From contig LSRY02000029.1 of NCBI GenBank assembly GCA_001643675.2, positions 1,116,001 to 1,180,000 on the forward strand: 64,000 nt of DNA. Reading direction: 5' to 3'. The position numbers and the translations under genes were made by a program. Numbering within the stretch: the stretch's first letter is position 1; the number at the start of each line of letters is the position of its first letter. The notes beneath the pieces are model-generated. The model searched no databases. It saw nothing but the letters and a program-made list of their open reading frames with translations, and was not told the DNA's origin. The stretch comes from Monocercomonoides exilis PA203 (taxonomy: Eukaryota; Protista; Preaxostyla). Below are positions 1 to 11,400 of the stretch, in pieces.

Positions 1-928
1 TTCGTCTTCTTTTCTTGTTCACTCAGATTGGGTCAATTGAAGCAGCTTCTATTTATTTGGCTGAAATGGAGCAAATTGCACCTCTTCAGGAAAAGACAAA
101 CTCTCTTCTTTTGCACAAGTTTGTGAATATTGTCGTTATATTTGACGATATTTTCGATGATTTCTTAAAATTTCAATGTTTTTTTTTCCAATAACTTTAA
201 TTTCTTTTTCTTTTTCTTTCTTTTTTGTTCATTAATCCTATAACTCTTGTTATTTGACATGTCATGTTTCTTCTTCAGAGGATTGCTCCAAATGGCTATG
301 CATCAATATGGACAAGCCGCTTCCCTCTTTCGGAAGGTTGTCAAATCCAACCCCACAAATGTCATTGCAGTGAACAATTTGGCTGTTTGCATACTTTTTT
401 TTCTTTATCCCTTCTATTCTTTGTTTATCTCTTCTGAATTATCATCATCCATTTAATGCCATTGTAATAACTCGTTTGTTATTTCTGTTGTCAATCAATT
501 GCTTCTTTCAAATAAATTAACTGTATTTTCTTCTGTCCGTATGAACTTCAATGCAACAGCTGAGCTATCTCTATCAGGCAGTCACGCCTTCTTCAAAAGA
601 GAAAAAAGAAAGGCCTGAAGAAGTTGAACACCCTGTTCTTCTTATTCAAAGGGCCATCGATGCCATTGAGCTTCTGTTCCGCTCTAATCCATATCAAACA
701 CTGCACGAGGTATGTTTTCATTATTCTCTAAATGTTAAGTCATTTTATTGTTTCAAATAATTCTTTTGTGTGAATGGTATTTTGAACGTTTAGTCAATTA
801 TTTCTGTTCTTTTCTTGCTCTACGACCTTCTTGCTGATAATCCTCTTCAAAAGAAGAATTTTATAAAGGAATGTGTTAAGCGTTATGGATCTTCGGACTT
901 AAAATCTGATCTTATGTTCCAAGATTGA
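1..928 (+). CDS. TRAPPC12: TRAPP complex subunit 12-like TPR protein, 3' exons (gene starts before the window)
   Basis: Spliced exons read RLLFLFTQIGSIEAA...GLLQMAMHQYGQAASLFRKVVKSNPTNVIAVNNLA...NPYQTLHE/SIISVLFLLYDLLADNPLQKKNFI, matching the TRAPPC12 C-terminal TPR region; stop TGA 926-928. Confidence 0.75.
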
Positions 929-1131
929 AAATGTTATTTCTGTATTATTTAATTTTCATTTTTCTTCAAATCCAATTTCATTTCAAATGTAATTTTTATC
1001 TTAATAATAACCTAAATTAGTTTTTGATTATAATTCTTTTATTTGTCATTTTAGTTAATTATTTATTATTTCTCTTTCTTTCGAAATGAGTAATAAACTT
1101 GAAAAGATCAAAATGGCCACTATTTAGTTTC

Positions 1132-2223
1132 ATGGAAACATCAAAAATAATTTTTCCCAAGTTTCGGACAAGACCGCACAGTAATCCATTGAGCGATCAA
1201 GTATTTGATTACCCAATTTCGCCAGAATATGTTGATTGGGGAAAATTATTTGATAAACCAGAACAAGAAATGTGGTGCGATTTAGGATGTGGTTATGGTG
1301 GTTTGCTTGAAACTCTTGGACCAAGATTCCCTAAAATCAATATAATTGGTATGGAACTGCGGGGTCAGGTTGTGGATTATGTTGAAAATCGAATTTTGAA
1401 GTTGAGACGAGGCGAAATTCCTTTTGATAAAATGAATGTGAATCCAGTCCCAAAAGATTGCAGGGGACGTATTCAAGGTACAGAATTAATTGAAGAGCAA
1501 CTTGAAGTAGATGCTGAGGAAGAAAAAAATGACAACGAAGGGCAACAAGAAAAGGATGAAAAAGATAACAAATCTGCTGATGATAATCAAGATGTCAGCC
1601 CACTTTTTCTAAGTTGTCCAGAACTTGCAATAGCTAATCCTATGAAAGGAGTTGATGTTACCGATCTTTCTTTTGCTCGTGATTCTCCTCCTGTTGTTCC
1701 AATACCCGAAGAAGCATTGAAGGATTATAAATTTCTTAATATTGGAGTGATTCGAGCAAATTCAATGAAAAACATGTCAAATTACTTTAAGAAAGGAGGC
1801 CTTACAAGAATGTTTATATTATTTCCAGATCCTCATTGGAAACATCAGCATATACGGAGAAGAGTTGTAAGTCCATCTCTTCTTGATGAATATGGATATT
1901 GCTTAGCTAAAGGCGGAAGAGTTTACACCATCACAGATGTTCCAATTGTGTACCATTGGATGGTGTGGTGCTTTGAACGTCATCCACTGTTTAAGCGCAT
2001 CCCAGAAGAGGAATTGGTTTGATTGTTTTTAACATAAAGTGTTATATTTAAAGAATAATTATATTTTAATTTTTTTTCTCTCTCTCTCTAACTCTCTTTC
2101 TCTCAAACAACTTTTTAGGAAAAGGACGTCTGTTATACATTAATATTTTCATCAACAGCTGACGCTGGAAGAGCGGAACGAAAAGCGGACGGGAAATTCC
2201 CTGCTGTATTCGAAAGAATTTAA
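1132..2223 (+). CDS. TRM8: tRNA (guanine-N7)-methyltransferase catalytic subunit
   Basis: Motifs RPHSNP, DLGCGYGGLL, GMELR, LFPDPHWK, GRVYTITDV; one intron about 2018-2118; last exon ends AVFERI* (TAA 2221-2223). Confidence 0.95.
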
Positions 2224-2963
2224 TTCATTTCAATTTAAATATTTCACATCAAGAATTTATTTTCAAGTTGATCATTTTTTTTGTATAATTATTATATCCG
2301 GATTAATAAAAAATATGCAAATTTTTACGATATTTTATTAGAAAGAATAATGTTGATGGAGATGAAAAGTGAAATGATGATAGATAAGGGATGAATGATC
2401 ATTTTTAATGAGGTGAAAAAGGTACTGTTAGAAAATTAATGTTCAAAAAAGTGATTGCCTCAAACGGCATTCATGAGAAAAAGTATATATTGGTGACTTT
2501 TTATTTCCTTTATTACACTTCTTCATGATTATTGAAGTTGTCAATTCTCACATGTTGTTTTGTAAAAAGGATTGGTTGATTTTTCTTTCATTCCAGCTGA
2601 GCATATAATATGCTTTCCTCTGATAATCAGCAAACAATATCTGCTGAATCTGTGAAGAAAAAGTTGAAATTCGATCTAACTAATATACCACTAAGATCGA
2701 ATAAAGAATAAAAAAACGCAAAAACTTTGTAAAATGGTTAAATAAAAATGAAATCGTAATGGGAAATGCGTAACTTCGACATTGAAAGTCAAGTTACAAG
2801 CAAATCACAAATATTGCCTTTGAATGGTTTGCCATTTATTAAACAAAAATAAAAAAACTGTTAAAGAAAGTCTAAAACAGCTTAAAATAACAGCAATTTA
2901 AAAAAAAAAAACAAAGCAGATATTAACAAGTTTGTTTGAATCCTCATATGACAAGATTCCTAA

Positions 2964-4931
2964 CTAAGATTTGAGTGCTGCCAATGTCTCCTTCTTCAGA
3001 ATGAGCCAGCAGCGCGGGTGGTACAGCTTGCCCTGCAAGATCTTCTCTGACTTCTTCTTGCCAATCCGCATTTTGTCGCTTTTTCTCGTAATCTTCGCAT
3101 CCAACATCAGAGTTCCTTCATCGCTCTCGTCTTCGTCGTACTCGTCTTCTCCGTCCAGCAGGTATTCTTCCTCCTCTTCTCCATTGTCATCGTTGTCAAT
3201 CGACAATCGGGGCTTCCTTTTCGCATTGTCGCCTTCTTTCTCCTCCACTCCAAAAAACAGCACATCCTTTCTTTTCTCGTTCAAAAGCCGAAACTCCGCT
3301 ATAGACGTCACTCTTCTGTCAGCTGCCGCAACACAGTCAGCAAACACCCACGTTGCGTCTTCTTCGACCAGCTGCTGCTCAAACTGGTCGCCGCACACAG
3401 GACACGTCGTCTGCTGCGCATCGACTGGACACACAAACGGTCCCAGACGCGACAGCAGCGCATCTATTTCTGTGCCCCCTGCCAAAGAATCTGCACTCAG
3501 CCCTTTGTCTAAGCCTGCTCCATCAGCACCCATGTTCTCAATATCGTCAGACAAATCCACATCTTCTCCATCCAGCGGTGGGTAATAGTCTTCTTCTTCG
3601 GCATCCACCAAATTCTTCCGTGTTTTCTCTTTGCTTTCTTGGCCTTTTTCTTTGTCCCTGCCCATTCGGATCTTCAGCGAGGCTGCTATCTTTCTCCTCC
3701 TTTTCTTGACCCACTCTTCCTCTGGCTTCATCCACCCGCGGCAGAACTGGCCTGATTCCTGCCTCTCCTTCAGCAGCACATTCGCATCGAAGTGCCAGTC
3801 CATGTGGCATCGCAGCATCTCTTTCTTCTCAAAGCGCTTGCCACATGTTGAGCACTGGTGCTCTTTCCGTGCGTCATACAGCCAGCTGTACGAGCTGCGG
3901 GAGATGGGCTGTTTGAACACCTCAATGTCTGCGTAATTCGTGGGGAAGCAGATGCGAGGCGGTCCCGCTGGAACCATCTGCACAGATGAAGATCGAGATG
4001 ACGAACGTGAGTGAATTTGAAATGCCTGGTTTGAAGGTTGTGACGATGACATCATTGAGGAAGGAGACGAAATTGCAGGCGGCGACGGAGCTGGTGAAGG
4101 TTTTGAAGAAATAAATTGAGAAAGAAATGAGTTGAGCTGCTCCGACGCTGATGAGCTAGGAGATGGAGAACGAGATGCTCGATCTCTGTAACTTCGCTCA
4201 AATTTTTCTGGATATGGTGGTGGATATGATCTTTGTTTAGTGGATTGAAATGAAGTTCCTTGGTGAAATGACGACATGTTTGAAGGGTGTTGGTAATAAG
4301 GAGGAGATGGTTCTCTTTGAGCGGAATTTCCTTCTGAAAGAACAGAATATAAAATATTCAGCTCATCGGGAGTAAGAGATTGCAAAATTGTGCTATCAAT
4401 TTGCATGAGTGGATCTACACCTCCAGTAACAGGTTGTTGTGTACGAAAATTGGATGGATTGTGTGCTGGAGCTTGCCGAAACGCATCTACCAAATCATTT
4501 CTTGGAGTTGGTTGTATTTGTGGTTCAGGTTGTTGTGGTTTGAAAAGATGCTGAAGTTGTGCAAGGATTGACTGAGAAAATACGCCAGTCCACGTATTAT
4601 ATAACTTTTGTAAAGAATGTCTAATTTTCATATCTGAAGACATAAAAGCGTTTGTGAAACATTCAATAATATTCGTTTCAAAAAGTTCGATCCAAGGACT
4701 TCTTAAATTTTTCACGATGCTATCGAGCAAATACAATGCTGTAAGTTTATATTCTGGTTGGGCCCGTAAAATGCGTAATTGTATACATCGAGCAATTTGA
4801 GGTGCTAATTGAGAATTCTCTTGTGCAACCATTGTTAAAGCGTTAATAGCAGGCTTTGTTGGTTCTGTTAGTTCTTCCAAATTTGCACGATATTCAACAA
4901 CTATAGGGTCGGAGGATTCCCTTCCATTCAT
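2964..4931 (-). CDS. PCF11: Cleavage/polyadenylation and Pol II termination factor PCF11
   Basis: N-terminal CTD-interacting domain (KLTALYLLDSIVKN), C2H2 finger (CSTCGKRF...HMDWHF), RGW motif, C-terminal CPVC...YHPRC finger; first ATG at 4931. Confidence 0.93.
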   Translation of the reverse strand: MNGRESSDPIVVEYRANLEELTEPTKPAINALTMVAQENSQLAPQIARCIQLRILRAQPEYKLTALYLLDSIVKNLRSPWIELFETNIIECFTNAFMSSDMKIRHSLQKLYNTWTGVFSQSILAQLQHLFKPQQPEPQIQPTPRNDLVDAFRQAPAHNPSNFRTQQPVTGGVDPLMQIDSTILQSLTPDELNILYSVLSEGNSAQREPSPPYYQHPSNMSSFHQGTSFQSTKQRSYPPPYPEKFERSYRDRASRSPSPSSSASEQLNSFLSQFISSKPSPAPSPPAISSPSSMMSSSQPSNQAFQIHSRSSSRSSSVQMVPAGPPRICFPTNYADIEVFKQPISRSSYSWLYDARKEHQCSTCGKRFEKKEMLRCHMDWHFDANVLLKERQESGQFCRGWMKPEEEWVKKRRRKIAASLKIRMGRDKEKGQESKEKTRKNLVDAEEEDYYPPLDGEDVDLSDDIENMGADGAGLDKGLSADSLAGGTEIDALLSRLGPFVCPVDAQQTTCPVCGDQFEQQLVEEDATWVFADCVAAADRRVTSIAEFRLLNEKRKDVLFFGVEEKEGDNAKRKPRLSIDNDDNGEEEEEYLLDGEDEYDEDESDEGTLMLDAKITRKSDKMRIGKKKSEKILQGKLYHPRCWLILKKETLAALKS

Positions 4932-5029
4932 CTTCAACTTCAATTAAATTCCCATGATCAATACCACTATTCACTTTTTGATTGCTGTTTTCTTTTAATT
5001 GCCGTCAAAAATTGAACATATAAATTTTC
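4932..5029. promoter_or_regulatory. 98-bp bidirectional promoter interval PCF11/RPB3
   Basis: Divergent ATGs at 4931 and 5030; TGATCA at 4955-4960. Confidence 0.65.
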
Positions 5030-6293
5030 ATGTCACTTAAAATATCAATTATTGAACAGACAAAAAAAAGGCTCGTATTTTTGCTTTCAGGAGTCGACGT
5101 TAGCGTTGCAAATTCGTTAAGACGAATTATCCTTGCTGAAGTTCAAACGATGGCTATTGATTTGGTAGAATTCTATTCAAACACTTCAACATTACCAGAT
5201 GAATTTATAGCTTTGAGATTGGGGCTTATTCCTCTGACGAGCCCTGTGGATGATTCTGCATTTTTGACAAAAGAAGTTTATTCATTATTTTTTCTCGCAG
5301 ATTAAAGTGCAATATAATACATATAACCTAGGATTGTACATGTTCTGGAAATTGCCCAAGATGCACTGTAGAATTCACTCTTGATGTTAAAGCGACTGGT
5401 TTGAGGAATATTTTAATTTTCTTTTTATTTCATGACCTATTTTTCAAAGATTTGCCTGTGTCTGTATATTCAACTGATCTACAATCGGACGATGATAGAG
5501 TTACTGTAGCACAAGATGATCAATTTCCGAAAGGTATATTGCTTTGTAAATTAGCTGAACATCAAGAACTTGTTGTTCGAGCCTATGCTAAAAAGGTATG
5601 GTTAAAAATTAGAAAACTATGGAATTTAAATTTTATTTAAATTCTCTGTTTTAGGGATGTGGAAAAGTACATGCAAAATGGAATCCGACAAGTTGTTGTG
5701 TGTTTTCATATGAACCAGAGATAAAGTTGAATCCAGCAATGCTTGATGAATTGAGCGAATCAGAAAAACATGAATTGTTTGCGTTGAAATGTTTTCTAAC
5801 TTTCTTTTTGAAATTAAAAATTTTTCATTTTTCTTCTTTTTTAAAAAAAGCATCGCATCATGCCCTGCTGAAGTATATGACGAATCTGCTGGACTTGGTG
5901 CAGTTGTTATTTCAGATCATTGGAATTGCATGTATTGCAAGGAATGCGAAATTAAAGCAAAAGAGATGGGAAAAGAGGGAATGGTTTTAATAACTCACAG
6001 GACACCGAATGTCTTTCGTTTTACTGTTGAAGTATGAACTCGCTTTTATCAAAAAGCTTTTGCTGAATTTACTTTAATTTTCTTAATATTTCTTCATTCT
6101 ATTGAATTGTTCAAAATTAATAATTCGATTGATTTTTTCAATTTAATAGGGAACTGGAGCAATGGCTCCGGTGGATATTGTTCGAAAGGGCATTCAGGTT
6201 ATGAATGATAAATTAACTTATCTTTCCAGATGTGTTAATGAACTGGGGCAGATAGCACCAATTAGAGATGGAGATGAATTAGAATTTTTATGA
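5030..6293 (+). CDS. RPB3: RNA polymerase II subunit RPB3 (6 exons)
   Basis: ANSLRRIILAEVQTMAIDLV, DEFIALRLGLIPL, CTCSGNCPRC, GKVHAKWNP, FRFTVE/GTGAM; GT-AG introns restore frame; stop TGA 6291-6293. Confidence 0.93.
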
Positions 6294-6508
6294 AGCACTT
6301 TGCATTGGAATGCTAAAAAATCTATGGCAAAATATGTAAAGTGTTTTCGATTAATTTTTTATTTAGCATTTCACATTTTTATTTTTTTAATAGTATTTTA
6401 AAATATAAAGTGTAAAGATTGCTTTATAATTTGTGACAACAGTTTTTGTTTCCCCATAATATTTTATTTCAGATATTCTTTTTTTTCAAATTTCGCTAAA
6501 TTGTTGTT

Positions 6509-8183
6509 ATGCAGAAGCCTGATCCGTTGATTGTTGGAGCAGGATCCTGTTTATTAAAAGGGAATACGCAAGCTTTGAATCTTCTTTCATTTCTTCAGAA
6601 TGATCAGGAAAATGCAACAGTTTTAATTGTCAACGCTGGAGATTGTAGACATGTTTTGAAGACTATTCAAGGGTTAAAAATCAATAAAAAAATTAAATCG
6701 TTAAATATTTACGTTGTTGAAAGAAATCTCGAATCGCTTGTACGTCAGTTATGCCAGATTTTACTCGTTAATCATTTTGAATTACCAGTTGCGGAAAGAG
6801 CAGAAACTTTTCTTGACATCCAAGGTAATCTCCTCGTTAGCGAATATACATTCAATCAAGTTATTTCACTTGGAAAACAATTACGCAGCTTTTTGGAAGA
6901 GAAAACGAATCCGTTTCTTTGGAATATTGAAAGAAAAAGACTAAAATTTAAAGAAATTGATCAAATGATAGAAATTACTCGCGACTTTGAAAAAGATGAA
7001 GGTGTAAATGCTTCGGAAATGTTGGATACACGATTGAGGGAGTATTACAGAGAAAGATATGATCATCGAAGAAATCTTGTGGATTGGGACATTCACATGA
7101 AGTTACATGACTTAGGTGCAACAATAATTCATGATACAGAATTTCAGAGATGGAGAAACGAAGGTATTGCGTTTCCCATGAGAGAAGGAGGACACATAAA
7201 ACCTAATCTAACAATAATTACCACTTTGAAAGGAAGCGTCGTATGCATTTTTTTGACACAATATTTTTCATAAATAATTTCGTGAACAAATTTGTGTATT
7301 TCTTTGTGACTCTTTCTTGTTATTGTTATTATAGCGGGGAACAGCAGTGAATTCTCGAGGCTATTGGGGAGATATCGTAAATGGTCCATTTTTTGGGTAT
7401 GGGTTGGAATGTGAAGATCAAAAGTTGCTTTCAGTTAGAGATGGAAAGCACATTCATTCTTCTGGCCAAGTTTCGATGCAGCACATGAGAGAAATACTTG
7501 GTGACTTGGACAATTTGTTTGTGAATTATACACCCACAAAGGATGAAGAAGATGCTGGCAAAGATGGCTCAAAAAAAGAAGAAGAGAAGAAAGAGGATAA
7601 GAAAGAAAAGAAAGAAACGAAAGAAAAAGGTGAAGATGAAGACAACACAAGCAAAGAAAAAGAAGAAGAGAGAAAGGAAGAACAAGCAAAGCAGACGTCA
7701 TCAGCCAGCACTGAGCCAAAGTCAAACATAATGACTTTTGAGAGAAAGCCCGAAGCTTGTCAAGTGACAATTGTTCCAGTGAACAGCTTGTTCCCTCAGC
7801 CATTTGCAGAAAAGAAGTACTTCCAACGTCTCTTTGATGTGATTTGCATCGATTTCACTGGCGCAAAAGAGCTGGACTGCATTTCACAGCTTTGCAAGCG
7901 TGATGGCAATTGCGTTTCTGCTTCCTCATCTTCTTCTGCTTCTGCTTCCTCTTCTTCGACACCTTCTTCATCATTGTCATCGACTATCATAATAGAAACA
8001 CCGAAGTTTATGTTGGACTTGGCAAATGAAACAAAAGTTGCATTTGTGGAGAAGATCGTTTCTGATGGCAAAGCACAAGGATGGAAAGAGGAAAAAATGC
8101 CGAATATGATGAAAGATGAAAAAGGAAAGGAAAAACAAGTTGATCCATTGAAAATACCTTCAAAAATTGTGTTCCATGTTTAA
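6509..8183 (+). CDS. DNAAF3: Dynein axonemal assembly factor 3 (PF22)
   Basis: GDCRHVLKT, DTRLREYYRERYDHRRNLVDWD, FQRWRNEGIAF, RGYWGDIVNGPF; phase-0 intron 7241-7334. Confidence 0.9.
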
Positions 8184-8463
8184 ACGAAAGTTTCACAAGT
8201 AATTTCAACTCTATTTTTTGATTGTGTTTTTTATTCAAATTTTAAAAATTAATTAAAAATAAGATCTTTTTAAATGAAAAATAGGATCGTTTTTTTCAAA
8301 TTTTGTGTATGTGTTTATTTTTCAACGAAGTGATTGCAAATACTAATGTTGAACTTCAGAATACATTTGAATCGTATATCAGGACTTTAAATAAAGATCT
8401 GTAAAAAATCAATAACTATCTAAAAGAAAGAGAGAGAATAAGAATAAAAATAATTCATTGAGT

Positions 8464-11400
8464 TTATTGATCCTTTGGCTTCTCTTCTGCTTCTTTTCCT
8501 GCTTCTGCTGTTTCTTTTTCAGCTTTTTCAGCTTTTTCAGCTTCTTTCTTTGCTTTCTTCTCTTTTGCCAGCTTTTCTTTAGCTGCCTTCTTTTCTTGCT
8601 TCAATCTTTCTTTCTCCTCTTTCTCTTTCTTCTCTCTTTCCTCTCTTTCCTTCTTCTCAATTGCCTTCTGCTTCTTCTTCTCTTCAATCTTCCTTCTCTT
8701 CTCTTCCCTCATCTTCTTCTTTTCTTCTGTCTCCTCCTCTTTTGCTTCTCCTTCCTCATCGCTGTCTGCTTCTCCTTCTTCTCCTTCCAATGACTGAGCC
8801 TCAGCAAGTTTCGCAAACTGCCCTGCAAGTGACTCCATTGAAGCAATTTCTGCCTTCTTCGTGATGATCTTCTTCTCCATGTCAGCCACTTTGTCTGCTG
8901 GAATCTTGCCTTTATTTCCCAGCTGCTTTTCCAGTTTGTCAATATCCTTCTTCGTCTTCTCTGCCTGTGCCAGCTGCTTCTTTGCCTCAGCTGCATAGTC
9001 CACACTCGCTGAGCCGCGACGCAATCTCATGAAGATTGTGGCACCTGGAATGAACGACACAACACACTCGTCTCCGCACCCTGGACGCTCGTTGGCTGCT
9101 GGAAGCAGAGCAACTGATTTGGCACCTGCAAGCTTGGTGAGGAACCGGCTGGCAACACATTGGAGGAGCTGTGGGCAGCACTGGATGAGTACATTGGGGG
9201 GAATGAGGTTGGAGTGGGAAGAAGGCTGTGAGGACGATGCAGAAGCAGAGGAAGAAGGAGACTGGGCAGGTGAAGGTGACGGAGATGGAGAGGCAAGCGA
9301 AGCACAACCTCTGTCTCCGGCAGCGTCACTTGAAATTATTCCCTTTTCTATCTGCTCAAACATTGCAGCATGTTCAGCTGAGATGGAAGATGCATCAGTA
9401 AATCCGATAAATGCCTCACATTTGTACGATGGCTTAACTTTGAAAGTATCGCGCAGTGAGCGAATGGCGTTTGTGGCTTGGAAGACAGTTGCCGTGCAAC
9501 TGTTGAGCACAGCAGCATTGTACTTAAGTGTGGATTCTGGGGCAGAGTGGCAGAAGCACTCGTATTGAGTATCCAGAGGGAAGGACGAGACGGAAATTGA
9601 GCTCTTGTCGCCTTCTCTGCGTGGAATGTGCTGCCACAATTCTTCTGTCACAAACGGGATGAATGGATGGAGCAAACGCAGCGATACATCCAACACTTCG
9701 TACAACACTTGTCTCACTTGGTCAGCCTCGCTAAGGGCACCTTCTTTCTTCTCCTTCTCTTCCTTCGCTTCTGATGGCTCGGATGAAGAGGAGGCAGAGG
9801 TGGATGACTCAGACTGGAGAATTGGCTTCACACTCTCCAAATATCTGTCGCAGAAGTCGTCGAGGATGAGTGAGCGGACGGTGTTGACAATGTCTCCAAG
9901 CTTCAGCTGGTTGAAGTAGTTGATCACTTTGTGCACTGTGTGATACACTCTGCTCAGCATCCAGCGGTCTGTTGGTGAGGAAATAAGAGCATTCAATTCA
10001 TGTGGCTGCTGCACGGGCGATGGGGTGGTTGAGGATGAGGCGCCTGATGCTTTCCCCACAAAGCAGTCTGCGCTCCACTCGATCTCCTTCTGCACTGGTT
10101 TGAAGCCTTGTGGAAGGTACATCAGCACAAACTTCGTCATGTTCCAGATCTTATTACAGAAAGCGTGTTGTGCCTTGACCACATCGAGGTTCAGGTTGAT
10201 GCTCGAGTCCTGGCGGAGATATGTTGCCAATCCGAGTCTGAGAGAATCAACGCCATGTCTTTCAATTCCTCGTGGGTACTCTCTTTCGATTGCCTCCTTC
10301 GAAACTTTCTTCTCTGCATCGCTGACAGACGCCTTGTCTGCACGTTCCAGCAGTTCAGCTTTTGTGCGCCCATAGATGACATCACGTGGGTCGATGATGT
10401 TCCCCAGTGATTTTGACATCTTTCTTCCGTTCTTGTCTCTGATCATCGTGTGCAAGTAGACTTCTGTGAATGGCACTTTTCCTGTGAGGTTGATCGACAT
10501 CATCACCATTCTGGCTACCCAGAAGAATATGATATCTTCACCTGTTTCAAGAAGAGATGTTGGGAACAGCTGCTGGAAGTCAGAGTTTGTTTCATCGGGC
10601 CATCCAAGAATGGAGAACGGGAACAGACCAGATGAATACCACGTATCCAGCACATCTTCGTCCTGAACAAGACACACTTTCTCTTCTGGAACATTGAAGA
10701 ACTTCGCTGCTGCTTTCAATGCATCTTCTTCAGTGTGTCCCACAAACCACTTCGATGAATCGTCTTCGGCAGGGATTGAACCGTCAGATGTCTTCAAAAA
10801 GGCACGATATGCAGGAATACGATGCCCCCACCACAGCTGTCTTGAGATGCACCAGTCGCGCATCCCGTTGAACCAATTGTCCCAAATCGTCTTGTGCGAC
10901 GGTGGTGTCACTGCAATCATTCCTTCATATGGGTCTGATGGATGCTCTGGAGGTGGCGTTGTGAAGCTGCGCATGGCACTCTTGCAATGCTTTGCAAGCC
11001 CGTTTTCAGAGCAATCGACATACCATTGGTACTTCAGCATTGGCTCAATCACATCGCCTGTTCTGCTGCACACTGTGATTCCCATCGCATGGCCGAAATC
11101 CCATCCAAACGAGGTCTCATCCAGCTCTGCCTGTTTCTCTGGAGAAAGTTGGATTGCTGGCTTTTCCTCAGAGCTTCCTTTCTTCTCTCCTTTCGCTTGG
11201 AACTTCTTCTTCTTCTTTACAGCACTGTAGTCTCCGCCTTTCTCTTTCGCCTTCTCTTTTTCTTTTGCTTCTGCAGCTGCTTCGGCAAGTTCAGCTTCAG
11301 CTGCTGGGCCAATCATGCCATTCTGAAGCATCCTCTTTCTGAGCAGCGCAAAAGCTGAGGTTGGGTTCCCTTCTTCATCAACAGCGCTTGCGTTTGGAAT

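Noticed and set aside
2669-2797. Two short hairpins (ATTCGATCT..AGATCGAAT; GTAACTT..AAGTTAC) and a 33-codon ORF between TRM8 and PCF11
   Set aside because: Stems of 7-10 bp in AT-rich DNA with no snoRNA or tRNA hallmarks; cannot be distinguished from chance.
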